64,000 nt of DNA from Histomonas meleagridis 2922-C6/04-290x (Eukaryota > Protista > Parabasalia), in assembly GCA_020184695.1 (NCBI GenBank), contig JAANOX010000278.1, forward strand, positions 372,001 to 436,000, written 5' to 3'. The number at the start of each line of letters is the position of its first letter. The stretch's first letter is position 1. The notes under the pieces are model-generated. The model was not told the DNA's origin and did not search any database. It saw only the letters and a program-made list of their open reading frames with translations. A program made the position numbers and the translations under genes. Of the stretch, positions 1-9,888 are shown piece after piece.

Positions 1-141
1 TATGCATGTAGGCTATATATTTGGTGAAAAAAGAAGAATAGGCATTGGAAATTAGGCGATCAAAGATATTTTGCCATTCAATCTGTCAAATAATCCAATT
101 TTTGAAAGCAAGTGATCACACAATATTTTGGCAGATTCAAG

Positions 142-453
142 ATGGGAAAAAAGTCTCAAGGGAATCGAAAGAATTCTTTTTCCCCATCTAGTGGAAACAA
201 CATTGATTATCAAACTTTTGACAGGTCTTTTCAAAGAATCCTTGAAGCTTGTATAAGGAATAACCAATCAGAAGTAAACATTGGATTACCAGGAAACTCT
301 TTATGCGGCATTGTTTGTGATACAGATTATGGGGAAGTACCATTTCCAAATGTAGATTTTTTGGAGAGAGATGTCTTAAACATCAATCGTTCTTCATCAG
401 AAGATGATTTACCAGGGTCAGAAACGGACAATCGACGTGATAAACCAAGTTAA
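142..453 (+). CDS. Small hypothetical protein (103 aa)
   Basis: Open frame from the first real ATG at 142 (MGKKSQG...) to TAA; mixed polar composition; no family recognised. Confidence 0.5.
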   Translation: MGKKSQGNRKNSFSPSSGNNIDYQTFDRSFQRILEACIRNNQSEVNIGLPGNSLCGIVCDTDYGEVPFPNVDFLERDVLNINRSSSEDDLPGSETDNRRDKPS

Positions 454-644
454 CTTCATTTTTACTTCTTGTGACTGATATGGTAGATTTTTTTTATCAA
501 TGGAATTCTTTTTAAAAACAATTTTGTGGTGTAAGCATCCTCCGCGCAAGGGCACCAAACACTTTAATATAAATCGATCTGAAAGAAGAACATTTGTTTT
601 GATTTTTAGTGAAGAAAAAAATAAATGAACGTTTAGATTTTCAG

Positions 645-2015
645 ATGATCTCACAAGAACCAAATCCAGCGAATGCTTATTTTCATACTGATTACTTTGA
701 TTGGAATATTGTAAATGAATTAAATCCAGATGTTATTGAAGCAAAAGAAGATTCAAATCAAATGTCCAAAATTATCTCCTCTTTTTTACTTTGTAAGTTT
801 TCAAGCTACGATTTCAATATCATTAAAGTCCCTATTGTTTTTCGTCTTCTCAAACATCTACACGTTTGTATTTCATATCTTTTAAAGTGTCAAAGCATTC
901 TGGATGAAAATAACAACGAATTAAAGAAGTCCAACAAAAAAATACGATCAAAATATGTCATCCTTCAAAAGCAATTTATGCGAATCAAATCAGAACTCAA
1001 ACGTGAGAGAACATCTGAAAAATGTCCAATCTGTAAATGTATATTTTATTCTACAAATGAACAAGAAAAACATATTCAAAGATTTCACACCCAATTTTTT
1101 GATGCATGGCAACATATATGCAATAATGAGCCATTAGAAGATTTTCATGATGAAGTTGAACAACTTCAGCAACAACTTAAAAAGCAATTTGAATTATTTA
1201 CGCAAAAAGAAAAAGAATTTCATTCACTCAAAAACATAATTTTAACTATTTCTAAGCCTCAATCGAAAGAAATCAAACACAAAACGCCAAATTTAATACT
1301 TCAAAAAAATCTTTTTTCATATACAACTAAACCACAAATAGAAAATGAATTCGATCAAATCCCAAATCACATACAAAACAAAGCGCGTGATTTCCTACTT
1401 AAAAGGAACAGATATAAATTCGATCAACCAGAAACAACAGAACAAATTGAAGAAAGGATCAAAAAATTCATGGATAAAAGTTATAATAAATACAACAAAA
1501 AGCAAACAAAGAAAACGCAAAACGAAACATCAATTAAAATACCAAAACGTACTTCATCTACTAAGTCAATTGCATATGAAATTTCTTATGCTATTCCTCA
1601 AAGAGATATATTTTCTGAAGCGGAATATTCATATCCAAATGAATCAAATGATTCTGAATTAAATAATGAATCAATGAAATCAGTCGATGATAATGTACAA
1701 TATGAACAAAATTCGATAAATGAAAATTCTCAGAAAACAAAATCATCTGAAAAAACTGAAGTTACAGAAAATGATAAAAAGTCAAGCGAAGTCTCCGAAA
1801 TACCTAAAAAGAATTCGCAAACAGTTTCGGATTTGAGCGAAAGTGTAAAAGTTAATGAATCGAATAAAGAAAAAGAAGACGGAAGATTTGATGGATTCGC
1901 TTCGAGTTCATCAAGTGATGATGAACAAGAAAAACCTAAAACAAACGGGAAAATGAATTTTGATGGATTTGCGTCAAGTTCAGATGATGAAGAAAATAAC
2001 AAATCCATCAAATAG
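645..2015 (+). CDS. DZIP1: DZIP1/Iguana-like C2H2 zinc-finger coiled-coil protein (basal body/cilium)
   Basis: N-terminal FDWNIVNELNPD...LLCKF...ISYLLKCQ matches the Dzip-like_N pattern; then a coiled coil, CPICKCIFYSTNEQEKHIQRFH (C2H2) and an acidic/Ser tail. First ATG at 645. Confidence 0.7.
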   Translation: MISQEPNPANAYFHTDYFDWNIVNELNPDVIEAKEDSNQMSKIISSFLLCKFSSYDFNIIKVPIVFRLLKHLHVCISYLLKCQSILDENNNELKKSNKKIRSKYVILQKQFMRIKSELKRERTSEKCPICKCIFYSTNEQEKHIQRFHTQFFDAWQHICNNEPLEDFHDEVEQLQQQLKKQFELFTQKEKEFHSLKNIILTISKPQSKEIKHKTPNLILQKNLFSYTTKPQIENEFDQIPNHIQNKARDFLLKRNRYKFDQPETTEQIEERIKKFMDKSYNKYNKKQTKKTQNETSIKIPKRTSSTKSIAYEISYAIPQRDIFSEAEYSYPNESNDSELNNESMKSVDDNVQYEQNSINENSQKTKSSEKTEVTENDKKSSEVSEIPKKNSQTVSDLSESVKVNESNKEKEDGRFDGFASSSSSDDEQEKPKTNGKMNFDGFASSSDDEENNKSIK

Positions 2016-2232
2016 TTTCTTGTTTATGAATAAATATTGTTTTTAAGTATAAATATATCAATAACAGTTTATTCATTTACAATGTGTTTAATTGAATATT
2101 TTGGTTATATCATTAAAAATCAGAAAATTTCATTTCTTTATCGACAGTGCGATTAAATATTTTAGAAGAAGTACTCATTTTTTACTTACAAACAAAAAAT
2201 ATTTTCGAATTTTGGTATATTTTGAAATGATG

Positions 2233-4350
2233 TTATAGCCATTGATCATCTTCTTTAAGTGCTAATTGTTGAATATCGTTATTAATTGCGTTTGATTTCT
2301 CAGATTTTATGTTTTTGCTTGATTCATTAGTGCTGCTCATTTGTAATTTGGATTTATTATGTCGGAATAAAAATATGAACAGTGAAATAACAATAAGAAC
2401 AATTGCCACGGAAACACAAATGATTGCAATCATTGAGCCTTTGGATATTGTTTTCGAATTATTACTTTCGCTTTGATCATTATATATATATAAATTCGAA
2501 TAATAACTAATGTATGAATGAAGGTAATAAATTGTATAATCGAAAAATATAAATTCTGTTTGAATGTATATGACACTTGAGCCAATTTTAGATATAACAA
2601 ATGTGTTTAAAATCGATTTCTGAACTAAACTTAATGACGCAGAAAATGTCAATGAAAATGTTATAGAACGAGTAATGTTTGAATTAAAAATTTGTGACTC
2701 AGTAAATGAATTCGATTTGGTGAATGAATTACTCTGTGTAAATGCATTTGATTTGGTATATGTGTTACTTTGTGTAAATGTATTTGATTCAGAATATGTG
2801 TTACTTTGTGTGAATGTTTGCGTTGGTATTTCTTTGATAGAATAGTGTGTTGTTAAGCTCATTCTCCCTAATTTATCAATTGCAACTGCATGAATATATG
2901 ATTCTTCATTTGTAATATTACTAATGGTTCCTGTTGTTGTATTTTTGGTTTGATTTAATGTATTGGATGTAATATTTGTTGATTCATAATTATCAATAAT
3001 ATAAAGATATTCACTTATTGTTGAATACTCAAGTGAAACATTATTAGAATAATATGTTGCATTATTATTTTCAAATCTAATCACTCGATACATAATTTCA
3101 TTTGGATTTGGGGTTATTAATATTGTTCTATTACGATAATTGTTTTCATCAGTCATCGTAATATTTGGTGCGTTTGGTTCATTTATGTATTGGAGAGAGT
3201 TATCATATAAAAAATTATTCGTTGTTCTTTGGTATACATAACAAATCGAATTGACTATGAGTTTTCGCTCTTCCTCTGTTATATTAAATGGATTGTGTCC
3301 TGTTTGAATCATAGCTGTGTTATTGTATGTAGTTAAATAATAGTGCGGATTTCCATATCTTGTTTCAGAATATCCCGTAAGATTCCATGCGTAACTTTCT
3401 GCTGCTGTGAAATTTCCTTCGTATTGATCTTTTGGAATATCTTCAGTTCGATTACTTAGCTCCATCCAAACATCGCCAAACGCAGCATTTTCGGCTGTGT
3501 GTGTAATTGGTATCGAATAATTTGATTGATTGATTTCATATGGATATTGTGTAGGTAATCCGACTTTCTTAACAAAGATTTCACCTGACCAATGACGCCA
3601 TTTGTCATTTATAGTTCCATTTGAACATTTTATGGTTTGTGAACAATTTGCAGTTCCGAGTTTAATTCCAAATTTATCAGCAATGCGGCCAAGTCCGACT
3701 TCGTTACCATATTCAGCACCCACAACATCGTGACCAAGCACGACGCCATATCCAAGATCAATGTACTGTGAAACAAGTTCAACCGCTTCATCATTTATTA
3801 CGTCTTTGCCATTGGAATCATGTATGCCAAAGAATATAACATCATAATCGAACATGCTTTTTAATTCCATATTTTGAAAATCAGAAATATTAATTAATGT
3901 TACGTTAATGAATTTGTTGTTGGTATCAGGAATTTTATTTAATGGATTATAAGAATAATTTACATTGTCATAAATGTACCACCCACCTTCCAGCCAAACT
4001 TTCAAACAGGCTGATAGTTGTGTTGTAAAATTTGTTTGATCTTCAGAGAAAAAGAATTTTACATTTGGAACACCTATACTTAGATTGGCAGGATAAACAT
4101 TAAGTAGACTAATATTTTTTGTTGTGCTAGAATCAAACGAACTTACAGGAAGCCAGTTTTTTCCATTATCTACAGATGAATAAACAATGAAAGTTGTATT
4201 TTGAGTTGAGTTAAAATCACTCCAATTTAATTCAGCACGAGTACCATCAAAGCCAACACTGAGATTGATTGCAAAATTATTTGAAGTTTCAGCCAGAGCA
4301 GAACAAAAAAGGAAGAAAAACAACAGACCAGGAAAGTGACCACAGCACAT
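2233..4350 (-). CDS. Type I surface protein with a bacterial-like (DUF5057-like) head, SNTF stalk, TM and EDDQWL tail
   Basis: Hydrophobic N-terminus (LLFFFLFCSALA); alpha/beta domain YDVIFFG...GYGVVLGHD...YLTTYNNTAMIQTGH; hexapeptide (T/S)xSNxF repeats; TM helix; TCACA Inr-like motif 3 nt upstream of the ATG at 4350. Confidence 0.8.
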   Translation of the reverse strand: MCCGHFPGLLFFFLFCSALAETSNNFAINLSVGFDGTRAELNWSDFNSTQNTTFIVYSSVDNGKNWLPVSSFDSSTTKNISLLNVYPANLSIGVPNVKFFFSEDQTNFTTQLSACLKVWLEGGWYIYDNVNYSYNPLNKIPDTNNKFINVTLINISDFQNMELKSMFDYDVIFFGIHDSNGKDVINDEAVELVSQYIDLGYGVVLGHDVVGAEYGNEVGLGRIADKFGIKLGTANCSQTIKCSNGTINDKWRHWSGEIFVKKVGLPTQYPYEINQSNYSIPITHTAENAAFGDVWMELSNRTEDIPKDQYEGNFTAAESYAWNLTGYSETRYGNPHYYLTTYNNTAMIQTGHNPFNITEEERKLIVNSICYVYQRTTNNFLYDNSLQYINEPNAPNITMTDENNYRNRTILITPNPNEIMYRVIRFENNNATYYSNNVSLEYSTISEYLYIIDNYESTNITSNTLNQTKNTTTGTISNITNEESYIHAVAIDKLGRMSLTTHYSIKEIPTQTFTQSNTYSESNTFTQSNTYTKSNAFTQSNSFTKSNSFTESQIFNSNITRSITFSLTFSASLSLVQKSILNTFVISKIGSSVIYIQTEFIFFDYTIYYLHSYISYYSNLYIYNDQSESNNSKTISKGSMIAIICVSVAIVLIVISLFIFLFRHNKSKLQMSSTNESSKNIKSEKSNAINNDIQQLALKEDDQWL

Positions 4351-4678
4351 TTTGTGAGGAACAGTTGCAACTTTTGAATATAACCTGCAAAATTCACACA
4401 AAATTAAGATTGGCATTTTTTGTGCGTGCTGTTTCCCAAACTGCGTTCCAGATCATTCAAAAAACTGTTTTTCATATATCGCTTTTACTAAATGATATGT
4501 GAGATAACCATCAGAAACCATCACTGCCTTTTATATACTATGGGATAATTTGCAACTCAATTTCCAGGTTTCAATGAGTGAGTTCTTTCCTATAGGGATA
4601 GCTATATTATATTTTATTTATTTATTTATATTTTATATTTATTTTAAAACTTACACATTTTTAGTTAAATTCATAAAT

Positions 4679-6997
4679 TTAAAGTGGAGTGACAAACTTA
4701 TGCTCTTCAAAATCGACAGCAAATGGATCTTCATCGATATCATCCATTTTCACAATACTTTTACAACTATCAATTTCTCCATCTTTATAATTATGTTCCT
4801 CAACGATTTCTTCAATACTATTGTTTCTATGACGATTAATGTAAATGATTACCGAAATAATAACAATAATTATAACAACTACAGCTGCTGCAATTCCAAT
4901 AATGATATAAATGTTAAATTGATTTTGTTTTTGATCATTTGTTTCAAATTGATTATCATAAACATATAAATAATTTGAATAAAATTTTTGAAATGTTGTA
5001 AATTGTATAATTGTATAATCATAATAAATAAATATTGTGTTTGTATATGTAATTTCTGAATTCATAATTATATATGTAAATGATGCTGAAAGAAAACTAT
5101 TAACAACACTTAAAGATTGAGTTATAAGTATTGATTCTGTTACTGATCTTAGAATAGAAATTGAAACCAATGAATCATATACAGTTTGCATTGTGGTTTC
5201 TTCAGTTTGTATTAATGTTTGTTGATATGTTAATTGATACGAATTTGTTAATGTATATGAATTTATAAATGTTAATTGAGGCGATAATGTTAATATATTT
5301 GAAATTGTATCCGAATTTGATAATGTTAATATCGGTGATAATGTTATTGATTCTGTATTTGTATATGTATTTGTTAATGAAAATAAGTTACTGTATGATA
5401 AAACTGGTGATTGTGTAATAGTTTGACTTAGTGTTTCTAACGCTGACAATGTAAGATCATTTATATATGTATGAGTGAATGATAATGTTGGAATAACTGT
5501 TTGTACATTTGTTGTAGATGGTATTAATGATAAAGAATATTTTGGTGATTGTGAAGACGTTAGTGACATTTCTTGGACTTCCATATATGAATTAGTGAAA
5601 GAATCTATTTTAACATTAGTATTAGATAATGATTTTGTATTAGATTTTGTTATTGCAGATGAGAATACATTTATATCTACTTGCGTTGTTATTGATGTTG
5701 GAACATTTGTTATTGACATTGTGTTCGTTTTTGTTTGAGTATTTGTTAGAACTTTTGTATTTGTTGTCATTAATGTTCTGATAATTGAAAAGACATAAGT
5801 CCCTGTTAATGTTGATGAACTTGTTGGATATGATGCTTTTGTTTCTGACTGAGTGATTGACGAAACCATTGTTTCAGAAGAAGTTAATGATTTTGAATAT
5901 GTTGCTGATCTTGTTAGTGTTGATTCAATAAGATATACAGTGACTGATGTAATGAGAGGAATTACAATATAATTAGGCTTTGCTCCAGAAATAATTAATT
6001 GTCCAATTGTAGGACTTGTTTTTGTTTCAGAATTTTTTTCTAACATAACTTTATTGGAAGAAATATTTTCATTAATTCCAATTTTTTTGTAATATGTTGG
6101 TGGAATAATAGTTTGTAAATTCAACTGATTTGGTACTGATGTTGTTTGAGTTTGTGTTACTGTAAGTGATGGAATTCTTGTTATAATTGATGCAACAGTA
6201 GTATATGATAATATTAATGCATATGAATCTGTAGGAGAAGCGACTAATGTTGTTGACCCTGTATATGATGTATAATAAATGACAGAAATTGTCGGTGAAA
6301 GTGTGCTAGATAGCGATTTCGTATTTGATGTTGTGTATCCTACAGTGAGTGTACTAGTATATGTATTTGTACTCTTTAATGATGAAGAGTATGTATTTGA
6401 ACTACTTAAAGAACTAATAAATGATGTCATGATCGATTTTGATAAAGTAATTGATGACGAATATGTCTCTGAATTTGTATATGTTTGAGTAATTGAGGAA
6501 ACATATGTTATTACCAAAGTTTGAGAAAGTGTTGATACATATGATGAACTTTCTAAATTTGTATATGAAATAACAGATACATAAGATTGAGTTACAGATG
6601 GAGATTGTGTAAATATATCAATTTTTGTTTGTGTAAGTGATGATACTAAAGTGTTACTACTCACGTATGTATTTGAAAATGTGTTAGAGTATGTGTTTGA
6701 CATTGTATATAAAGAAACTTGTGTTTGAACAAATGTTTCTGAAGGTGAATTCATTAAAGAATATGATTCCGTGAAATATACTGATTCAGTAAGTGTTTGA
6801 GACATTACATATGTATTAGACATTGTGTTTGTATAAGATGAAATTGTCGTATTTGTATTAATATTCGTTTTTTCATATGTAGGAACGATTTGATAAGAAT
6901 AAGTAAAACCTAGTACTCCAGGCTTATTAAGCGATATTTGATATGAAAACTTTAAGGAAAATAAAAGAGCCAACAGTATTGGGGAGTTGAGCTTCAT
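4679..6997 (-). CDS. Thr/Ser/Tyr-rich type I surface protein with DPFAxDF tail
   Basis: Signal-like MKLNSPILLALLFSL; about 600 aa dominated by T/S with alternating hydrophobic residues; YYDYT module; TM helix; tail DEDPFAVDFEEHKF. Confidence 0.85.
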   Translation of the reverse strand: MKLNSPILLALLFSLKFSYQISLNKPGVLGFTYSYQIVPTYEKTNINTNTTISSYTNTMSNTYVMSQTLTESVYFTESYSLMNSPSETFVQTQVSLYTMSNTYSNTFSNTYVSSNTLVSSLTQTKIDIFTQSPSVTQSYVSVISYTNLESSSYVSTLSQTLVITYVSSITQTYTNSETYSSSITLSKSIMTSFISSLSSSNTYSSSLKSTNTYTSTLTVGYTTSNTKSLSSTLSPTISVIYYTSYTGSTTLVASPTDSYALILSYTTVASIITRIPSLTVTQTQTTSVPNQLNLQTIIPPTYYKKIGINENISSNKVMLEKNSETKTSPTIGQLIISGAKPNYIVIPLITSVTVYLIESTLTRSATYSKSLTSSETMVSSITQSETKASYPTSSSTLTGTYVFSIIRTLMTTNTKVLTNTQTKTNTMSITNVPTSITTQVDINVFSSAITKSNTKSLSNTNVKIDSFTNSYMEVQEMSLTSSQSPKYSLSLIPSTTNVQTVIPTLSFTHTYINDLTLSALETLSQTITQSPVLSYSNLFSLTNTYTNTESITLSPILTLSNSDTISNILTLSPQLTFINSYTLTNSYQLTYQQTLIQTEETTMQTVYDSLVSISILRSVTESILITQSLSVVNSFLSASFTYIIMNSEITYTNTIFIYYDYTIIQFTTFQKFYSNYLYVYDNQFETNDQKQNQFNIYIIIGIAAAVVVIIIVIISVIIYINRHRNNSIEEIVEEHNYKDGEIDSCKSIVKMDDIDEDPFAVDFEEHKFVTPL

Positions 6998-7519
6998 TGT
7001 CACAATGATAAGTTTTGAATGAGCATATTGAAAGGTATTTTTGGAAGAAATTAAATTTGAGAAAAATCGTAAAAAAATTGAATATATATGACCAAAAATT
7101 GAGAAGTCCCTGTAGATAATTTAAATCGAAAAAAGTGATAATTATCGGTTCAATTGAATCATTAATATGAAAATTATCGCACATCAAAAGTGTAATAAAT
7201 AAATGACAATTCACACATCCACCTTCTTTAAAAGTTAAAAAAATTTATTTATAAAATTTACTATTATCATTAAACATAGATCTATCAACCTGTTTTGAGT
7301 ATATTTAAATATTTAAATTTTATCACGCATGCGTGATTTTTTTTTATGGAGAATTCATGAGCTGTTGTACATAATTCCCACAGGGAAACCGAATCTGGTC
7401 ATCAAACATTTTGATAACACAAAGAATGAAGCACAAAATAATTTCATGAGTGCGTAGTGAAAGTATCATAAGTCAATAAGATTTTCACACGACTAATATT
7501 TTTATTCATATATATTCCA

Positions 7520-8566
7520 TTATAACCATTGATCTTCTTCTTTTTTAACTAAATTTTGAACATCAGTATCCACATGCGAAATCTCTTCGGGAATAATCGC
7601 CTTTTCAAACGATTCTTTCGTGTTATTTGATGATGAACCGGGTTTACGATGACGAAGCAAAAATATAACAACAAAAACAATTAAAACAAATAATACAACT
7701 GCGCAACAAATTATCGCAATTAATACTTTTTTGGAAATGGTGTTCGTATTAATTTGATTGTGTTGAGAAATTGTGAAGAAAAATGAGTAAAAACTTATCG
7801 ATGATGAATAGTAAACAATTTTTGTTTCCTTAAAAATCGTATTTAAATGAGAATGTGAACTTACAACTGTATTTAGAACAGAAATACTAAAAACACTTAA
7901 TGACTGTGTAACAGTAAGAGAATATACTAAAGACATTGTCATGTTAAACATAAGCGAATTCGTAAATGTATTCGAATGTGAGAACGTATTTGATTTAGAA
8001 TATGTATTTGACTTAGTGAATGTATTTGACTTAGAATATGTATTAGATTTCGAAAATGTATTTGATTTAGAATATGTATTTGACTTAGTGAATGTACTCG
8101 TTGGTGTTATCTCCATATATAAATGCGATGTTTCACTCATTTCACCTACATCGTTTACCTTTGCCACATGAATATACACGTTATCATTTATAATATTAGT
8201 TATGATTTCATCTTTTGTAAAATTACAATTAGTATTATTAGTAATAACTGTATACGGATTCGAATCAATAATATATCGATATCCCAAAGTTTTTATTGGC
8301 ACTTTAAGTTCAACAATATGTGATTTATGTATATTATTATTATTATCAATTCCTTCTACATAATACTTAAGTGCTGTAATATCTGAATAATTATTCCTAA
8401 TCAGAACTGTTCTTTCGGTATTATTTCGTATGATATATGGCTTGTTAAGATTTATATATTTGATAGAATTATCATATAGAAATTGATTTGTGGTTCGCTG
8501 ACATAAATAATAAATTGTATTCGCAATGAGTTTTCTTTCTTCTTCTGTTGGATGTTCTGTTTTACT
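7520..8566 (-). pseudogene. 5'-truncated paralog of the 2233-4350 surface protein
   Basis: Frame is open from 8566 (after TGA TGA) with no ATG ahead of the homologous region. TEEERKLIANTIYYLCQRTTNQFLYDNS aligns with TEEERKLIVNSICYVYQRTTNNFLYDNS. Retains the 18-bp stalk repeats, TM and EEDQWL tail. Confidence 0.7.
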
Positions 8567-8759
8567 TCATCAAAGAAATAATGATCTTGTATTGATGACT
8601 GAGAAAAGGAATAAAAACAACTTTTGAAAAGGATTTGACTTAAGTAATTACTTGATTGAATTTTTGAATATATAACCGTCGGCTTTGATCCACCCACATT
8701 TCGAAATGAATAAAATATAAGGAATCACAATTTTTCTCAGTGTTACACTAAATTATCGA

Positions 8760-9230
8760 CAAGCCACATCTTGGCCAGTTGCATACGATTGTATTTTCAA
8801 TTACCCAGTAACATTAACAATTGGTGCATCAGGAAAAAAAGTATCATATTCAAATACAGATCAATGACATCAGTTTATGCACATGAATCATCACGCGTGT
8901 TGATTGTAATTAATCTTGTAGACAAATCATCCATTGAGAAAGTTCTTGCTTGTCTTGAAATGCTAGATTCTCCTGTCTTAAAAGAAGCCGCGTTTGTATA
9001 CAGTAAATCTGATCACAATGTTACTTTTGAAGAAGTTCATGATTTCTATTAATCTCTAACAAACATACTATGGAGATGGTATTGGTTGAGCTTTTCAATC
9101 AGTTGTAGTTAGTGATAATCTCTACCAAAGTGAACCCATTCATGAACCGACATTAATTGATGTTGAAATCACAGATAAAACGCATAAAAAAGGGTTAACT
9201 ATGCATATATGTTACTTTTCAGCTCTGTTT
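8760..9230 (+). pseudogene. Degenerate Rab/Ras-like small GTPase remnant
   Basis: KYRSMTSVY...VLIVINLVDKSSIEKV...AFVYSKSD resembles switch II, beta4 and G4; GDGI/VELFNQL pieces downstream lie in other frames; no P-loop seen; several frame breaks. Confidence 0.45.
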
Positions 9231-9319
9231 TCTTAACTAATAAACTTCATTTTGACTTTATTATAAAATTATAATGTCTTCATTTAAAGATACATGGGTC
9301 TAGTTTAAAGTTTATTGAT

Positions 9320-9840
9320 AATTGGTGCATTTATCTTTTTATCTTGTTTACAAAGTAATTGAACTATTATTTCTTTGTTATGTTTTTTATGTGCAATCAT
9401 AAGAGTTGTCATATATATTTTAAGTAATTTTTATGTATTATTTTGAATTTTCATAATATTAATATAAATTTTAGGTTAAACATCAAAATATTTTTGGAAT
9501 TAATATCAATACCTTCTTGCATAAGAAGTAATTCAACTATACTAACATTACCTGTTGATGATGCAATCATAAGAGTTGAATAAAATACTTTAAATAACTT
9601 CCAAATAATATTTATGAACTTCAATTTCTTTAAACAAATACTAAATTACCAGGATAAATATCTTTAACATTTATATCACATTTTTAAAACACGAATTTCT
9701 CACTATTAATATTTTTGATTCAAATGTAAAATAAGTATTTCATCATAACAACTGAACTTCTTCTTTTTTTAAAATTTAGAATATCAGAATCAACTTGCGA
9801 TCCTTTTTCTGGAATAATTTCCTTTTCATAAATAACAATG
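9320..9840 (-). pseudogene. Diverged interrupted-ankyrin array remnant (170-nt period), possibly a DUF3447-family relic
   Basis: CDINVKD [80 nt, 9659-9580] STLMIASSTGNVSIVELLLMQEGIDINSKN [80 nt, 9489-9410] TTLMIAHKKH...; upstream YEKEII/EKGSQV resembles the gene at 58.8-59.9 kb. Confidence 0.7.
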
Positions 9841-9888
9841 TTTTAGTAGTGCGTTAATTTATTCAAAACATAAAAATTATCAAAATAA

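Noticed and set aside
4550-6488. Plus-strand ORFs overlapping the T/S-rich gene, and similar short antisense ORFs across the track
   Set aside because: Shadow frames produced by biased codon use and repeats on the coding strand; no independent motifs.
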